Source of the DNA: an uncultured Anaerolineae bacterium
GTDB lineage: Bacteria; Chloroflexota; Anaerolineae; CAYNKW01
Length of the DNA stretch: 56,932 bases
Direction: 5' to 3'
NCBI GenBank assembly: GCA_964397845.1
Contig: CAYNKW010000001.1
Span: 1-56,932 of the forward strand
Notes under the pieces: generated by a model
Database searches by the model: none
What the model was told of the DNA's origin: nothing
The model's input: only the letters and a program-made list of their open reading frames with translations
Position numbers and translations under genes: made by a program
In this document: in pieces, positions 16,782-25,480 of the stretch
Numbering within the stretch: position 1 is the first letter of the stretch
Layout of the letters: every line of letters starts with the position of its first letter

Positions 16782-18248
16782 ATGGCCACGGTGGCGCGCA
16801 ACTCGGCCTTTGTGTTGGGCGTGCAGATGGTACTGAAAATCTTTGCCTTGCCGTTCAACATCTACGTAGTGCGGCGATTAGGGGACGTCCATTTTGGTCA
16901 GTATTCAACTGTCATGGCCTACGTTGCTCTGTTTGCTATTTTCACCGACTGGGGCATGTCGCCTTACGCCGTGCGTGAGATGGCCAAGGATCGCAACCAA
17001 ACTTTCTGGCTCTTGCCCAACATTGTGGCCATCCGTGTGATCCTCTCGTTGATAATCACAGTTGTTGCGCCCCTATCGGCCCTGTGGTTGGGCAAAGAGA
17101 GCGACATGGTGTTGGGCATCCTTATGGCCAGTGGCGGCTTGCTCCTCTATGCTTTTCAAGGGCCATTGAACAACGCGCTCACCGCCCGCGAGCGTTTGGA
17201 CTATACGTCCAGCTTTACCCTGGTCAACCAGTTGGTTTTCTGGGGATTGGGTGTGTTGTTGCTGATCAACGGCATGGGATTTATCGGCCTGATCATTGCT
17301 TCCCTGATAGGGGTGGGAGTGGCGGTCCTGCTCTCTGGGTGGACGCTATTCAAGCTGGGCGTAGGGCGGCTGGTTATCTCGGCGCGCCGTTGGCCACAGT
17401 TGTTCCTGAATGCGCTGCCCTTCGGTGTCAGCGGCATTTCTTACGTGTTCATGCAGCGCTTCGATACGGTGCTGATGTCCTTTGTTCTCACTGACGCCGC
17501 CGTTGGCTGGTACAACGTACCCTGGACACTGATCAACATGATCTTGCTTATTGCTCAGAGCGTCGCCATTGCCATGTATCCCTCGCTGGTGCGAAGCCAC
17601 ACTGAGAATCCAGAATCCCTGCCCCAAGTCGTCTGGCAATCCATCAAATATCTGTTGATCGTTTGTCTGCCAATTGCCGTGGGTGGCACGGTGCTGGCCG
17701 ACCGGATCATCATTACGCTGTACAAAGAGACCTTTTTTAATTCCATTCCCGTGTTGCAGGTGGCCCTCTGGGCGCTTCCCAGCCTCTTCTTGCTAGAACT
17801 CCTGGGGCGGGTAGCCAGCACGCTGCATCTGGAACGTCCGGCGGCCCGAGTCAATGTGATCAATGCAGGCGTCACGGTGGTGTTGAACCTGATTTTGGTG
17901 CCGACGATAGGCATCCTCGGCGCAGCGCTGGCGCTGTTGAGTGGGCGGACGATCCGCCTGATCCAGTACTGGCGGCTCATTGGCAACGATCGTCTGGTGA
18001 GCCGGCGATGGGGCTCTTTGCTGCGGATCATTTTGGCGGCGACTGCGATGGGTACGACGGTCTTTTTCTTGCGCCAGTTGCCCACCTTTGGCGTGGTGGA
18101 CTCCAAAGCGGGGCTCCTGATGCTGATTGGAACTGGCGCCGTGGTCTATGCCGTGGCCCTGCTGGCCTTAGGCGGCATCGAACGCCAGGAGCTAGCATTT
18201 CTACGCAAGATGGCAATGGAACGGCTGGCAAGAGGAAACGCCAGATGA
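16782..18248 (+). CDS. Wzx-type oligosaccharide flippase (MOP superfamily)
   Basis: About 12-14 TM helices with a typical polysaccharide-biosynthesis-protein N-terminus (ARNSAFVLGVQMVLKIF). Start is uncertain: ATG 16782, or the TTG at 16686 that opens the ORF. Confidence 0.8.
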   Translation: MATVARNSAFVLGVQMVLKIFALPFNIYVVRRLGDVHFGQYSTVMAYVALFAIFTDWGMSPYAVREMAKDRNQTFWLLPNIVAIRVILSLIITVVAPLSALWLGKESDMVLGILMASGGLLLYAFQGPLNNALTARERLDYTSSFTLVNQLVFWGLGVLLLINGMGFIGLIIASLIGVGVAVLLSGWTLFKLGVGRLVISARRWPQLFLNALPFGVSGISYVFMQRFDTVLMSFVLTDAAVGWYNVPWTLINMILLIAQSVAIAMYPSLVRSHTENPESLPQVVWQSIKYLLIVCLPIAVGGTVLADRIIITLYKETFFNSIPVLQVALWALPSLFLLELLGRVASTLHLERPAARVNVINAGVTVVLNLILVPTIGILGAALALLSGRTIRLIQYWRLIGNDRLVSRRWGSLLRIILAATAMGTTVFFLRQLPTFGVVDSKAGLLMLIGTGAVVYAVALLALGGIERQELAFLRKMAMERLARGNAR

Positions 18249-19582
18249 AAATCGTAATCGCCGTTCACCATTTTCCGCCACGCTACACCAGCGGCGCCGA
18301 GTTGCGCGCCCATCGCACGGCAGCCTGGCTGTGGGATCACGGCCATGATGTACACGTCATCTGCGTCGAAACAATTGACAGCGGTGACGGCGATAGTTTA
18401 ACCTTTGAGGACAACACTTACGATGGTTTGCCCGTCCGCCGTCTGAGCTTTAACCTGGCCGCCGCGCCCGATCCGTTCCACTGGGCTTACGACAATCCCT
18501 GGATTGGCGAACACCTGCGCGGGTATCTGTCTAAACTTGCGCCAGACCTTTTACACCTTGTCAGCGGTTATCTGATGTCGGGAAGCACGCTGCGCGTGGC
18601 GATGAGTTTGCAGATTCCCACGGTAGTCACGCTCACCGATTTCTGGTTCCTTTGCCCGCGCATCAACCTGCTGCGCAGCAACGGGCAGCTTTGCGCACCG
18701 TCCTTTGATGCGGTTACCTGCGCCCGTTGCCTTGGAGAAAGGAAACACCGCTACCGCATCCCTGAAAAGATCGCACCCGGGCTGATGCGTGCCTATTGGA
18801 AAAGGCAATCGGGCCGCGTGGCGCAAATCCAGGCGCGGATGGCATTCCTACAAGAAACGCTCAACCGCGTGGACGCCATCATCAGCCCATCCCAATTCCT
18901 GCGCACTCTTTTCATCGAGGCAGGGGCAGCACCGGATCGGATCGTCTTTTCCCGGCAGGGACGAGATTTTCCCGACCTTAGGCCAGAGGTATTGAAAAAG
19001 ACCGCCGCTGCGCATCTGCGGATAGGCTACATGGGACAGATCGCCCCGCACAAAGGGGTACACACGCTATTCGAGGCCGTCCGGCAGTTGCCCGGTGCGG
19101 CTCTGGAGGCCAAGGCCTACGGCAATGCCACGCCATTTCCAGACTATGCCCGTTCTCTGCGCCACATGGCTCGTCGGGACTCCCGTTTGAGCCTGACAGG
19201 TGTGTATGATCGAACGGAAGTGAGCCGGGTGTTGCAGGGACTGGACATCGTCGTCGTGCCGTCGGTGTGGTACGAAAATAGCCCCAACACCATCCTGGAG
19301 GCCTTTGCCCACCGTACGCCGGTGATCGTCTCTGACCTGGGGGGTATGGCCGAGTTGGTTGAAGATGGCGTGAATGGGTTACGGTTTACCCCCGGCGACG
19401 CGTCGAGCCTGGCGGCTCAACTACGGCAATTGATTGAGGCTCCTGGCTTGCTTTCTCAATTACGAGAGGGCATTAGACCGGTGAAATCAGTCGCTGAAGA
19501 AATGAGCGAACTGTTTGAGATCTATCGTGGGGTGATCAAGAGCGCGAACTCGACAGTAAAAGGGAAAGGCAGAGGCCGGTGA
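18245..19582 (+). CDS. GT4 (GT-B fold) glycosyltransferase
   Basis: MKIVIAVHHFPPRYTSGAE N-terminus at the internal ATG 18245 (ATGA overlap with the flippase stop). E-x7-E region WYENSPNTILEAFAHRTPVIVSDLGGMAELV. Confidence 0.85.
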   Translation: MKIVIAVHHFPPRYTSGAELRAHRTAAWLWDHGHDVHVICVETIDSGDGDSLTFEDNTYDGLPVRRLSFNLAAAPDPFHWAYDNPWIGEHLRGYLSKLAPDLLHLVSGYLMSGSTLRVAMSLQIPTVVTLTDFWFLCPRINLLRSNGQLCAPSFDAVTCARCLGERKHRYRIPEKIAPGLMRAYWKRQSGRVAQIQARMAFLQETLNRVDAIISPSQFLRTLFIEAGAAPDRIVFSRQGRDFPDLRPEVLKKTAAAHLRIGYMGQIAPHKGVHTLFEAVRQLPGAALEAKAYGNATPFPDYARSLRHMARRDSRLSLTGVYDRTEVSRVLQGLDIVVVPSVWYENSPNTILEAFAHRTPVIVSDLGGMAELVEDGVNGLRFTPGDASSLAAQLRQLIEAPGLLSQLREGIRPVKSVAEEMSELFEIYRGVIKSANSTVKGKGRGR

Positions 19583-20496
19583 TGAACGCTGGTTTCATGA
19601 GAAAGCCTATACTTGTAACAGGCTCACATCGTAGCGGGACGACTTGGGTGGGGAAAATGCTTACATTATCACCTTTTGTAGCTTATATCGAAGAGGTATT
19701 CAATCCAAATCCCGGTCACCCGTTGAGCCATAAAGGGATCTTTCGACATTCGTTTACTTATATCACTGAAGAGAATGAAGGCCACTATGTCCAGGAAATA
19801 AAAGACGTTTTGCACTTCAAGTTTGGCTGTCGCTCCCGAAGACTTGGGGGGTTGATACCCAGTAAAAGGTTCCTCTATAGATGGACGTATCGTATGTTTT
19901 CTCTCCCACAGCCTTTGCTAAAAGATCCAATTGCAGCATTGTCCGCTGAATGGCTGGCCAACAAATTCGATATGAATGTCATAGTTCTCATTCGACACCC
20001 GGCCGCATTTGTTAGTAGCCTAATAAGGTTGAACTGGCGGTTTGATTTTAATGCTTTCTTGAAGCAGAAAAGACTAATGGAGGATTGGCTCTATCCACTT
20101 GAAGAAAAAATCAGAAGGCAGCCAAAAGACCTAATCGAAGAAGCATCTCTTTCGTGGCTATGTATCTATTGTGTTATGGATGCATATATACAGAGACATC
20201 CAGAGTGGATCGTTAAGAGACATGAGGACATATCGTTAGCGCCAACCAAGGAATTTGCCGAGATATATGAAAGGCTGGGTATACCCTTCACCAGTCGCAT
20301 AGCAAGAAGAATAGACGAGTATTCGTGTTTATCAAATCCAACTGTTGCCCCCAACAACGTTGAACATTATCTCAAAAGGGATAGCCAGGCTCTTATCAAG
20401 CATTGGAAAAGCAACTTGTCAACAAGCGAGATAAATCGAATTAGAGACACAGTTGAGGTCTTGGCAAGCAAGTTCTACGGGGAGAAAGATTGGTAA
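19579..20496 (+). CDS. Sulfotransferase family protein
   Basis: PAPS 5'-phosphosulfate-binding loop VTGSHRSGTTWVGKML. The start (GTG 19579 / ATG 19582) overlaps the upstream stop. The gene is markedly AT-richer than its neighbours. Confidence 0.8.
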   Translation: MMNAGFMRKPILVTGSHRSGTTWVGKMLTLSPFVAYIEEVFNPNPGHPLSHKGIFRHSFTYITEENEGHYVQEIKDVLHFKFGCRSRRLGGLIPSKRFLYRWTYRMFSLPQPLLKDPIAALSAEWLANKFDMNVIVLIRHPAAFVSSLIRLNWRFDFNAFLKQKRLMEDWLYPLEEKIRRQPKDLIEEASLSWLCIYCVMDAYIQRHPEWIVKRHEDISLAPTKEFAEIYERLGIPFTSRIARRIDEYSCLSNPTVAPNNVEHYLKRDSQALIKHWKSNLSTSEINRIRDTVEVLASKFYGEKDW

Positions 20497-20561
20497 TAGA
20501 TTTACCGTTCCAGCCATATCCTTGGCAGGAGCACAACTCAAAACGTGAAAGGAGAACAGAA

Positions 20562-20747
20562 ATGAGCACTCGTATTGGCAAAGGTTTTCTATCTCGACTG
20601 GGCATCCTGGGGGAGCTACTGGTCTTCCTCTGGAAGCGCAAGCTGTGGTGGATGATACCGATGATCCTGGTATTGATTCTGTTTGCCCTGTTGTTGGTCT
20701 TTGCCCAGGGCTCTGCCGTGGCACCTTTCATCTACACACTTTTCTAG
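20562..20747 (+). CDS. DUF5989/SxtK-like small membrane protein
   Basis: 61 aa from the internal ATG with AAAGGAGA upstream. FLWKRKLWWMIPMILVLILFALLLVFAQGSAVAPFIYTLF matches my recollection of the small protein that accompanies SxtJ and carbamoyltransferase. Confidence 0.7.
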   Translation: MSTRIGKGFLSRLGILGELLVFLWKRKLWWMIPMILVLILFALLLVFAQGSAVAPFIYTLF

Positions 20748-20761
20748 ACGGGAGACAGGAA

Positions 20762-21280
20762 ATGGATTTTCTCAGCGGACTCGCATTGATACTCTTGACG
20801 TTGGCAGGCTATTCAATTGGTGCTGTCATTGTGGCAAGGGACAGGTCGCCTACCCCACAGTTGCTGGATTTGGCTGTGGTGGTTGTGCTGTGGATCAGCG
20901 CACTCTTTTCGCGACCAGCTCTGGGCAAATGGACTGCCATCGGCGTGTGGTTGGTCGCAGGCGGGCTGGTTTCTTTTGCGCTGAGCAGCGCGCGTCGCAA
21001 CAGGATGCCGTCAAAGGCAAAAAAGGCCGCTGTTTCTGGCCAAGAAAGCAATTTTTTGAAATGTCTCTGGGAAGGCTGGAAAGGCTTTGCCGCCGAGATG
21101 GGAAACTATCAGGGCCGCCTTCTACTGGCTTTCTTTTACTTCCTAGTGCTCACTCCTTTTGGTGTCTTGGTGCGATTGTTCAGTGACCCCTTGAGAACCA
21201 AATTATCGACAAACCCTTCTTTCTGGGACAACCGTACGGCAATTAGCGACAAGCTTGATGAAGCGAGGAGGCAGTTTTGA
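20762..21280 (+). CDS. SxtJ-like membrane protein
   Basis: 172 aa from the internal ATG 20762. Two N-terminal TM helices, then WEGWKGFAAEMGNYQGRLLLAFFYFLVLTPFGVLVRLFSDPL, typical of the SxtJ family. The stop overlaps the carbamoyltransferase ATG. Confidence 0.7.
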   Translation: MDFLSGLALILLTLAGYSIGAVIVARDRSPTPQLLDLAVVVVLWISALFSRPALGKWTAIGVWLVAGGLVSFALSSARRNRMPSKAKKAAVSGQESNFLKCLWEGWKGFAAEMGNYQGRLLLAFFYFLVLTPFGVLVRLFSDPLRTKLSTNPSFWDNRTAISDKLDEARRQF

Positions 21281-23070
21281 TGTACGTTCTAGGAGTTTCC
21301 TGTTTTTACCACGATTCTGCGGCGGCATTGATCAAAGATGGTATGTTGATTGCTGCCGCCGAAGAAGAACGGTTCAGCCGCAAGAAGCATGACTACAGTT
21401 TTCCCGGTGCGGCGATCGACTTCTGTCTTCGCAAGGCGGGCATCTCGGGAGCAGACCTGGACTATGCGGTCTTTTACGAGAAGCCCCTGGTAAAGTTCGA
21501 GCGTATCATGATGACAGCCTTGGGCACCTTCCCTCACTCCTGGGAGACCTTTGGCGAGGCAATGATCGCCTGGTTCGACCAGAAGTTGTGGATCAAGAGC
21601 CTGTTGGCGAACCACCTCGGCTTGCCAGCAGAGCGAGTACTCTTTGTGGATCATCATACGTCACACGCCGCCAGCTCATTTTTCGCATCGCCTTTTGATG
21701 AGGCAGCCATCTTGACCGTGGATGGGGTCGGAGAGTGGACGACGGCCACGTTGGGCAGGGCGACAGCGGATTGGGACGGCACTGGCCAAAACGAGATCGA
21801 ACTGTTCAGCGAGATCAAGTTTCCTCATTCGCTGGGATTGCTTTACTCGGCTTTCACCGCTTTCCTGGGTTTCCGGGTCAACAACGGCGAGTACAAGGTG
21901 ATGGGCATGGCCCCTTATGGGCGGCCGACCCGTGTGGCGGACGTACACAAGTTGATCGAGGTGGGGAAAGACGGCAGCTTTCGCCTCAACATGGACCATT
22001 TTTGCTTCCATCACTCTACCTCGCGCACCTTCAATGGCCGGTTCGAGGCCCTGTTTGGCGAACCGAGGGTTCACGACTCGATCTTTTATACCCCAACCAC
22101 ACATCCGAAGAAGGATCACCCGCAGTGGAACGATCGGGTGGCGCAGCGCAACCAACACTACGCCGACATCGCGGCCAGCATCCAGCGGGTGACTGAGGAG
22201 ACGTTACTCAAGATGGCCCGGTATGTCCACGAGCGGACGGGCCTCAAGAAGCTGTGTATGGCCGGAGGTGTGGCGCTGAACAGCGTGGCCAACGGGCGCA
22301 TCCTGCGGGAGGCGCCATTCGAGGAGGTATGGATCCAGCCGGCGGCCGGTGATTCAGGCGGTGCGTTGGGTGCGGCGCTGTACGTCTACCACGTACTGCT
22401 GGGCAAGCCGCGCAAGTTCGTGCAGGAGCACAACTACTGGGGTCAGGGCTATACACCCGATGAGGTTAAGGCTGCGTTGGACCGTGCCGCTGTGCCGTAT
22501 CAACAGATTGATGACCAGGAAGAGCTGGCAAAGTTGATGGTGGATGACCTATTGGCAGGCAAAGTCATCAGCTTGTTCCAGGGCCGCTTCGAGTGGGGAC
22601 CGCGAGCGCTGGGCAACCGCAGCATCCTGGCTGACCCCCGCCGGGCGGAGATGAAAGGAATCGTCAACACCAAGATCAAGTTCCGGGAGCCGTTTCGCCC
22701 CTTTGCGCCGGTCGTTCTGGAGGAACGGGCAGAGGAGTACTACACGGGGTTGGCAGATGTGCGACGTCATTATCCGGTGCGCTACATGCTAATGGTGTTC
22801 CCGGTGCGCGAGGACAAGCAAGCACTGATTCCGGCTGTAACCCACGAGGGGGGCTCTGGGCGTCTTCAAACGATTCGCCGCGAGTGGAACCCGCTCTATT
22901 ATGGGACGGTGGAGCGCTTTGCCGAGGAGACCGGTGTGCCGGTGTTGCTCAATACCTCCTTCAACCTGCGCGGCGAGCCGATTGTGAATACACCGCAGAA
23001 CGCGCTGAATACGTTTGGCAAGAGCGGAATTGACACGCTGTATATAGAGAACTTTGTTGTGAGGAAATAA
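21280..23070 (+). CDS. NodU/CmcH/SxtI-family carbamoyltransferase
   Basis: MYVLGVSCFYHDSAAALIKDG...AAEEERFSRKKHD N-terminus, HHTSHAASSF, MAGGVALNS, and C-terminal NTSFNLRGEPIV. Confidence 0.92.
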   Translation: MYVLGVSCFYHDSAAALIKDGMLIAAAEEERFSRKKHDYSFPGAAIDFCLRKAGISGADLDYAVFYEKPLVKFERIMMTALGTFPHSWETFGEAMIAWFDQKLWIKSLLANHLGLPAERVLFVDHHTSHAASSFFASPFDEAAILTVDGVGEWTTATLGRATADWDGTGQNEIELFSEIKFPHSLGLLYSAFTAFLGFRVNNGEYKVMGMAPYGRPTRVADVHKLIEVGKDGSFRLNMDHFCFHHSTSRTFNGRFEALFGEPRVHDSIFYTPTTHPKKDHPQWNDRVAQRNQHYADIAASIQRVTEETLLKMARYVHERTGLKKLCMAGGVALNSVANGRILREAPFEEVWIQPAAGDSGGALGAALYVYHVLLGKPRKFVQEHNYWGQGYTPDEVKAALDRAAVPYQQIDDQEELAKLMVDDLLAGKVISLFQGRFEWGPRALGNRSILADPRRAEMKGIVNTKIKFREPFRPFAPVVLEERAEEYYTGLADVRRHYPVRYMLMVFPVREDKQALIPAVTHEGGSGRLQTIRREWNPLYYGTVERFAEETGVPVLLNTSFNLRGEPIVNTPQNALNTFGKSGIDTLYIENFVVRK

Positions 23071-23082
23071 TGAGGGCAAGCG

Positions 23083-24207
23083 ATGTTTAGACAACGCCTC
23101 AAGATGGATAGACGTGCCTTCAAAGCCCTCGCGCAGAACGTGTTGTTGGTGGTCGGAGGGCTATTCGTCGCTCTGTTACTGGCCGAAGTGGTTGTGCGAG
23201 CGTACGAGATAGTAATCGTCGCCCGAGGATCCACTGGCTGGGAGTTGATGGCGACCAGACGTATCCTCTATCAGCCGGTTGATAATGAGGCATTGAACTA
23301 CATTCTCAAACCCGACAGGCAATATGAGTTTGAGCATATCCGTGTAGTGATCAGTTCCCAGGGGCTGAGGGACGATCCGGTCTCGCTGGAAAAACCACGC
23401 GGCGTATATCGCATCCTGGGCTTGGGCGATTCGGTCACCTTTGGCTGGCAAGTGCGTTCAGAGGACACCTATCTCAAGCAGTTGGAAAGGATACTGGATG
23501 TCAGCGAGCCTTTGAGACGTTACGAAGTGATTAACGCTGGTGTGCCGGGCTATAATCTGGGCAACGAACTGGCTTACCTCAAGGAACGTGGGGGGAGCTA
23601 TCAGCCGGACTTGGTCATCGCGGGGTTTTGTGCCCTGAACGATGCGGACGGGACGCAGTCGGTCTACATGGGGGACGGCAACATCGCCTATGTCCCTCTG
23701 GACTCTTCTTCCGTCTCTACCGATCCAAGAGGAGTCGCTGCACGTGTCAAGGGCTTCTTGCGACAAAAGAGTCATCTCTACCACTTTGTGACGCAACAGT
23801 ATGGGATGTTGCGTGACAGATGGAGCAAGAGCAGCCGGACGAGTGATACGGCTTCCCATTGGCCATTTCCCCTGGAGGAAAGGGACGATTTGTGGGAGCG
23901 AGTCACAGGCCATCTCTTGGAAATGCAGGATGTGGCCGAGGAACATGGCGCTGGACTGCTGCTGGTCATATTTCCTATGGAATCTCAGGTAATGTCTGAG
24001 GATGCGCCGCTGGTTCCTCAAGAAGTCCTGGCGGACTTTGCGCAACGAATTGGAGTCCCTGTTGTAGATTCCCTCCCTGTCTTCAGGGAGCACGGTGCTT
24101 CGCTGGCATTTGTGGACGAATTCTCTCATCCCAGCGCTTTTGGGCACCGACTAGTGGCAGAGGAGATCTTGTGTACCCTACTGGAAGCGGACATTGTGGC
24201 GCGATGA
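23083..24207 (+). CDS. SGNH/GDSL-type hydrolase or esterase, membrane-anchored
   Basis: N-terminal TM (VLLVVGGLFVALLLA). Block I ILGLGDSVTFGW. GVPGYN. Block V DEFSHPSAFGH. Confidence 0.75.
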   Translation: MFRQRLKMDRRAFKALAQNVLLVVGGLFVALLLAEVVVRAYEIVIVARGSTGWELMATRRILYQPVDNEALNYILKPDRQYEFEHIRVVISSQGLRDDPVSLEKPRGVYRILGLGDSVTFGWQVRSEDTYLKQLERILDVSEPLRRYEVINAGVPGYNLGNELAYLKERGGSYQPDLVIAGFCALNDADGTQSVYMGDGNIAYVPLDSSSVSTDPRGVAARVKGFLRQKSHLYHFVTQQYGMLRDRWSKSSRTSDTASHWPFPLEERDDLWERVTGHLLEMQDVAEEHGAGLLLVIFPMESQVMSEDAPLVPQEVLADFAQRIGVPVVDSLPVFREHGASLAFVDEFSHPSAFGHRLVAEEILCTLLEADIVAR

Positions 24208-24225
24208 GTTAGAGGTTCTTGGAAT

Positions 24226-24429
24226 TTGGGCAGCGTTTCCAGTTGCTGCTGGGATGCGGAGCATGGCATCCATGTGCTGGATTTAATGTCTGTTCTCCGC
24301 CCTCACTCAGGGGACCAACTCTACTTCACAGAGGACACTCACTGGAACGTCGAGGGAAACCGTCTTGCCGCTGAAGCAATCTATCGTTACTTGATAGAAA
24401 ATGACCTGCTGCCTGTTAATCCTTGGTAG
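24226..24429 (+). pseudogene. Remnant of the C-terminal about 50 aa of an SGNH/AlgJ-like (D-x-H-W) acyl-esterase
   Basis: GIHVLDLMSVLRPHSGDQLYFTEDTHWNVEGNRLAAEAIYRYL aligns by eye with the tail of the preceding gene (GVPVVDSLPVFREHGASLAFVDEFSHPSAFGHRLVAEEIL). It is only 67 codons, has a TTG start, and lacks the catalytic N-terminal blocks. Confidence 0.45.
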
Positions 24430-24498
24430 CGTAAAAGTCTTGACATCAAGTTCCCTTATTCGTGCCATTCGTGATAAAAGTTTGGACATTCGACAAAA

Positions 24499-25455
24499 GT
24501 GTCGGGTAGCAAGGCTGAAAGCGGGGAGGCCAGCGTGGAAGGATTTCCCCTGGTGGTCATTGTTGTTCTTAACTGGAATGGCTTGAAGGACACCCTGGAG
24601 TGCCTGGAGTCTCTGCGTCAACTCGACTACCCGAACTGCGACGTTGTGGTCGTGGACAACGGCTCCACGGACAGCTCAATACCGGTCATCCGCGAACACT
24701 TTCCGATGGTGGCGATGCTCGAAAATGACGAGAACCTGGGTTTCACCGGAGGGAACAACGTGGGGTTGCGGTATGCACTGGCGCAGGGGGCAGACTATGT
24801 GCTGCTGCTGAACAACGACACCGAAGCTGCCTCCGACTTTCTACGCCGATTAGTGGAGGCGGCAGAGGCCGATCCTCTGATCGGCGTGACCGGTCCAACT
24901 ATATACTATCACGAGCAGCCAGACATCATCTGGTCGGCTGGGGGAGCCATTGACTGGGAACGAGGTAGCACATGGATGGTGGGACTTGATGAGCGGGACG
25001 AAGGGCAGTTTGGAGCAGATTCGCGCGCGGTGGACTTTGTCACTGGCTGCGCTATGTTGGTCCGGCGGGCAACAGTAGAGCAAGTGGGCCTGCTGGACGA
25101 GCGGTTCTTCGCCTATTATGAGGAGTCAGAATGGTGCGTCCGCGCCGCCAAAGCCGGGTACAAGATCCTGCACGTGCCGCTGGCGCGGATATGGCACAAG
25201 ATTTCTCCATCTACCCGGGCCGATTCGTCGTTGGTCCACTATTACATGACTCGCAACCGGCTGTTATTCCTGAAGGCCACCGGTGCAGGTCTGAAGGCAT
25301 GGTTGCATACGTTAGTCGCCGAGTACCTGCGCACTCTGATCAGTTGGAGTTTGCGGCCCAGGTGGCGCTGTAAGCAGGCTCAACGGCGCACCATGCTCCA
25401 AGCCATCGGCGACGCGTGGCGAGGGCGTTGGGGCAAGCAGCACATCACTGCATAG
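24499..25455 (+). CDS. GT2 glycosyltransferase (rhamnosyl/galactosyl-transferase-like)
   Basis: VVIVVLNWNGLKDTLECLESL, VVVVDNGSTDSS, NLGFTGGNN, LLLNNDT, YEESEWC. An alternative in-frame GTG at 24535 has GGAGG 5 nt upstream and may be the true start. Confidence 0.85.
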   Translation: MSGSKAESGEASVEGFPLVVIVVLNWNGLKDTLECLESLRQLDYPNCDVVVVDNGSTDSSIPVIREHFPMVAMLENDENLGFTGGNNVGLRYALAQGADYVLLLNNDTEAASDFLRRLVEAAEADPLIGVTGPTIYYHEQPDIIWSAGGAIDWERGSTWMVGLDERDEGQFGADSRAVDFVTGCAMLVRRATVEQVGLLDERFFAYYEESEWCVRAAKAGYKILHVPLARIWHKISPSTRADSSLVHYYMTRNRLLFLKATGAGLKAWLHTLVAEYLRTLISWSLRPRWRCKQAQRRTMLQAIGDAWRGRWGKQHITA

Positions 25456-25480
25456 CGGATGGCGAAAGGATGATTCGTTT

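Noticed and set aside
18008-18244. N-terminal extensions of several ORFs: 18008 for the GT4, 33535 for the GT-C-like gene, 20490 and 20645 for the SxtK/SxtJ-like genes, 2773 for selA, and 50142 for the CPBP gene
   Set aside because: Each extension overlaps the preceding gene out of frame. Each is followed by an internal start with a Shine-Dalgarno site and a canonical family N-terminus, so the internal starts were used.
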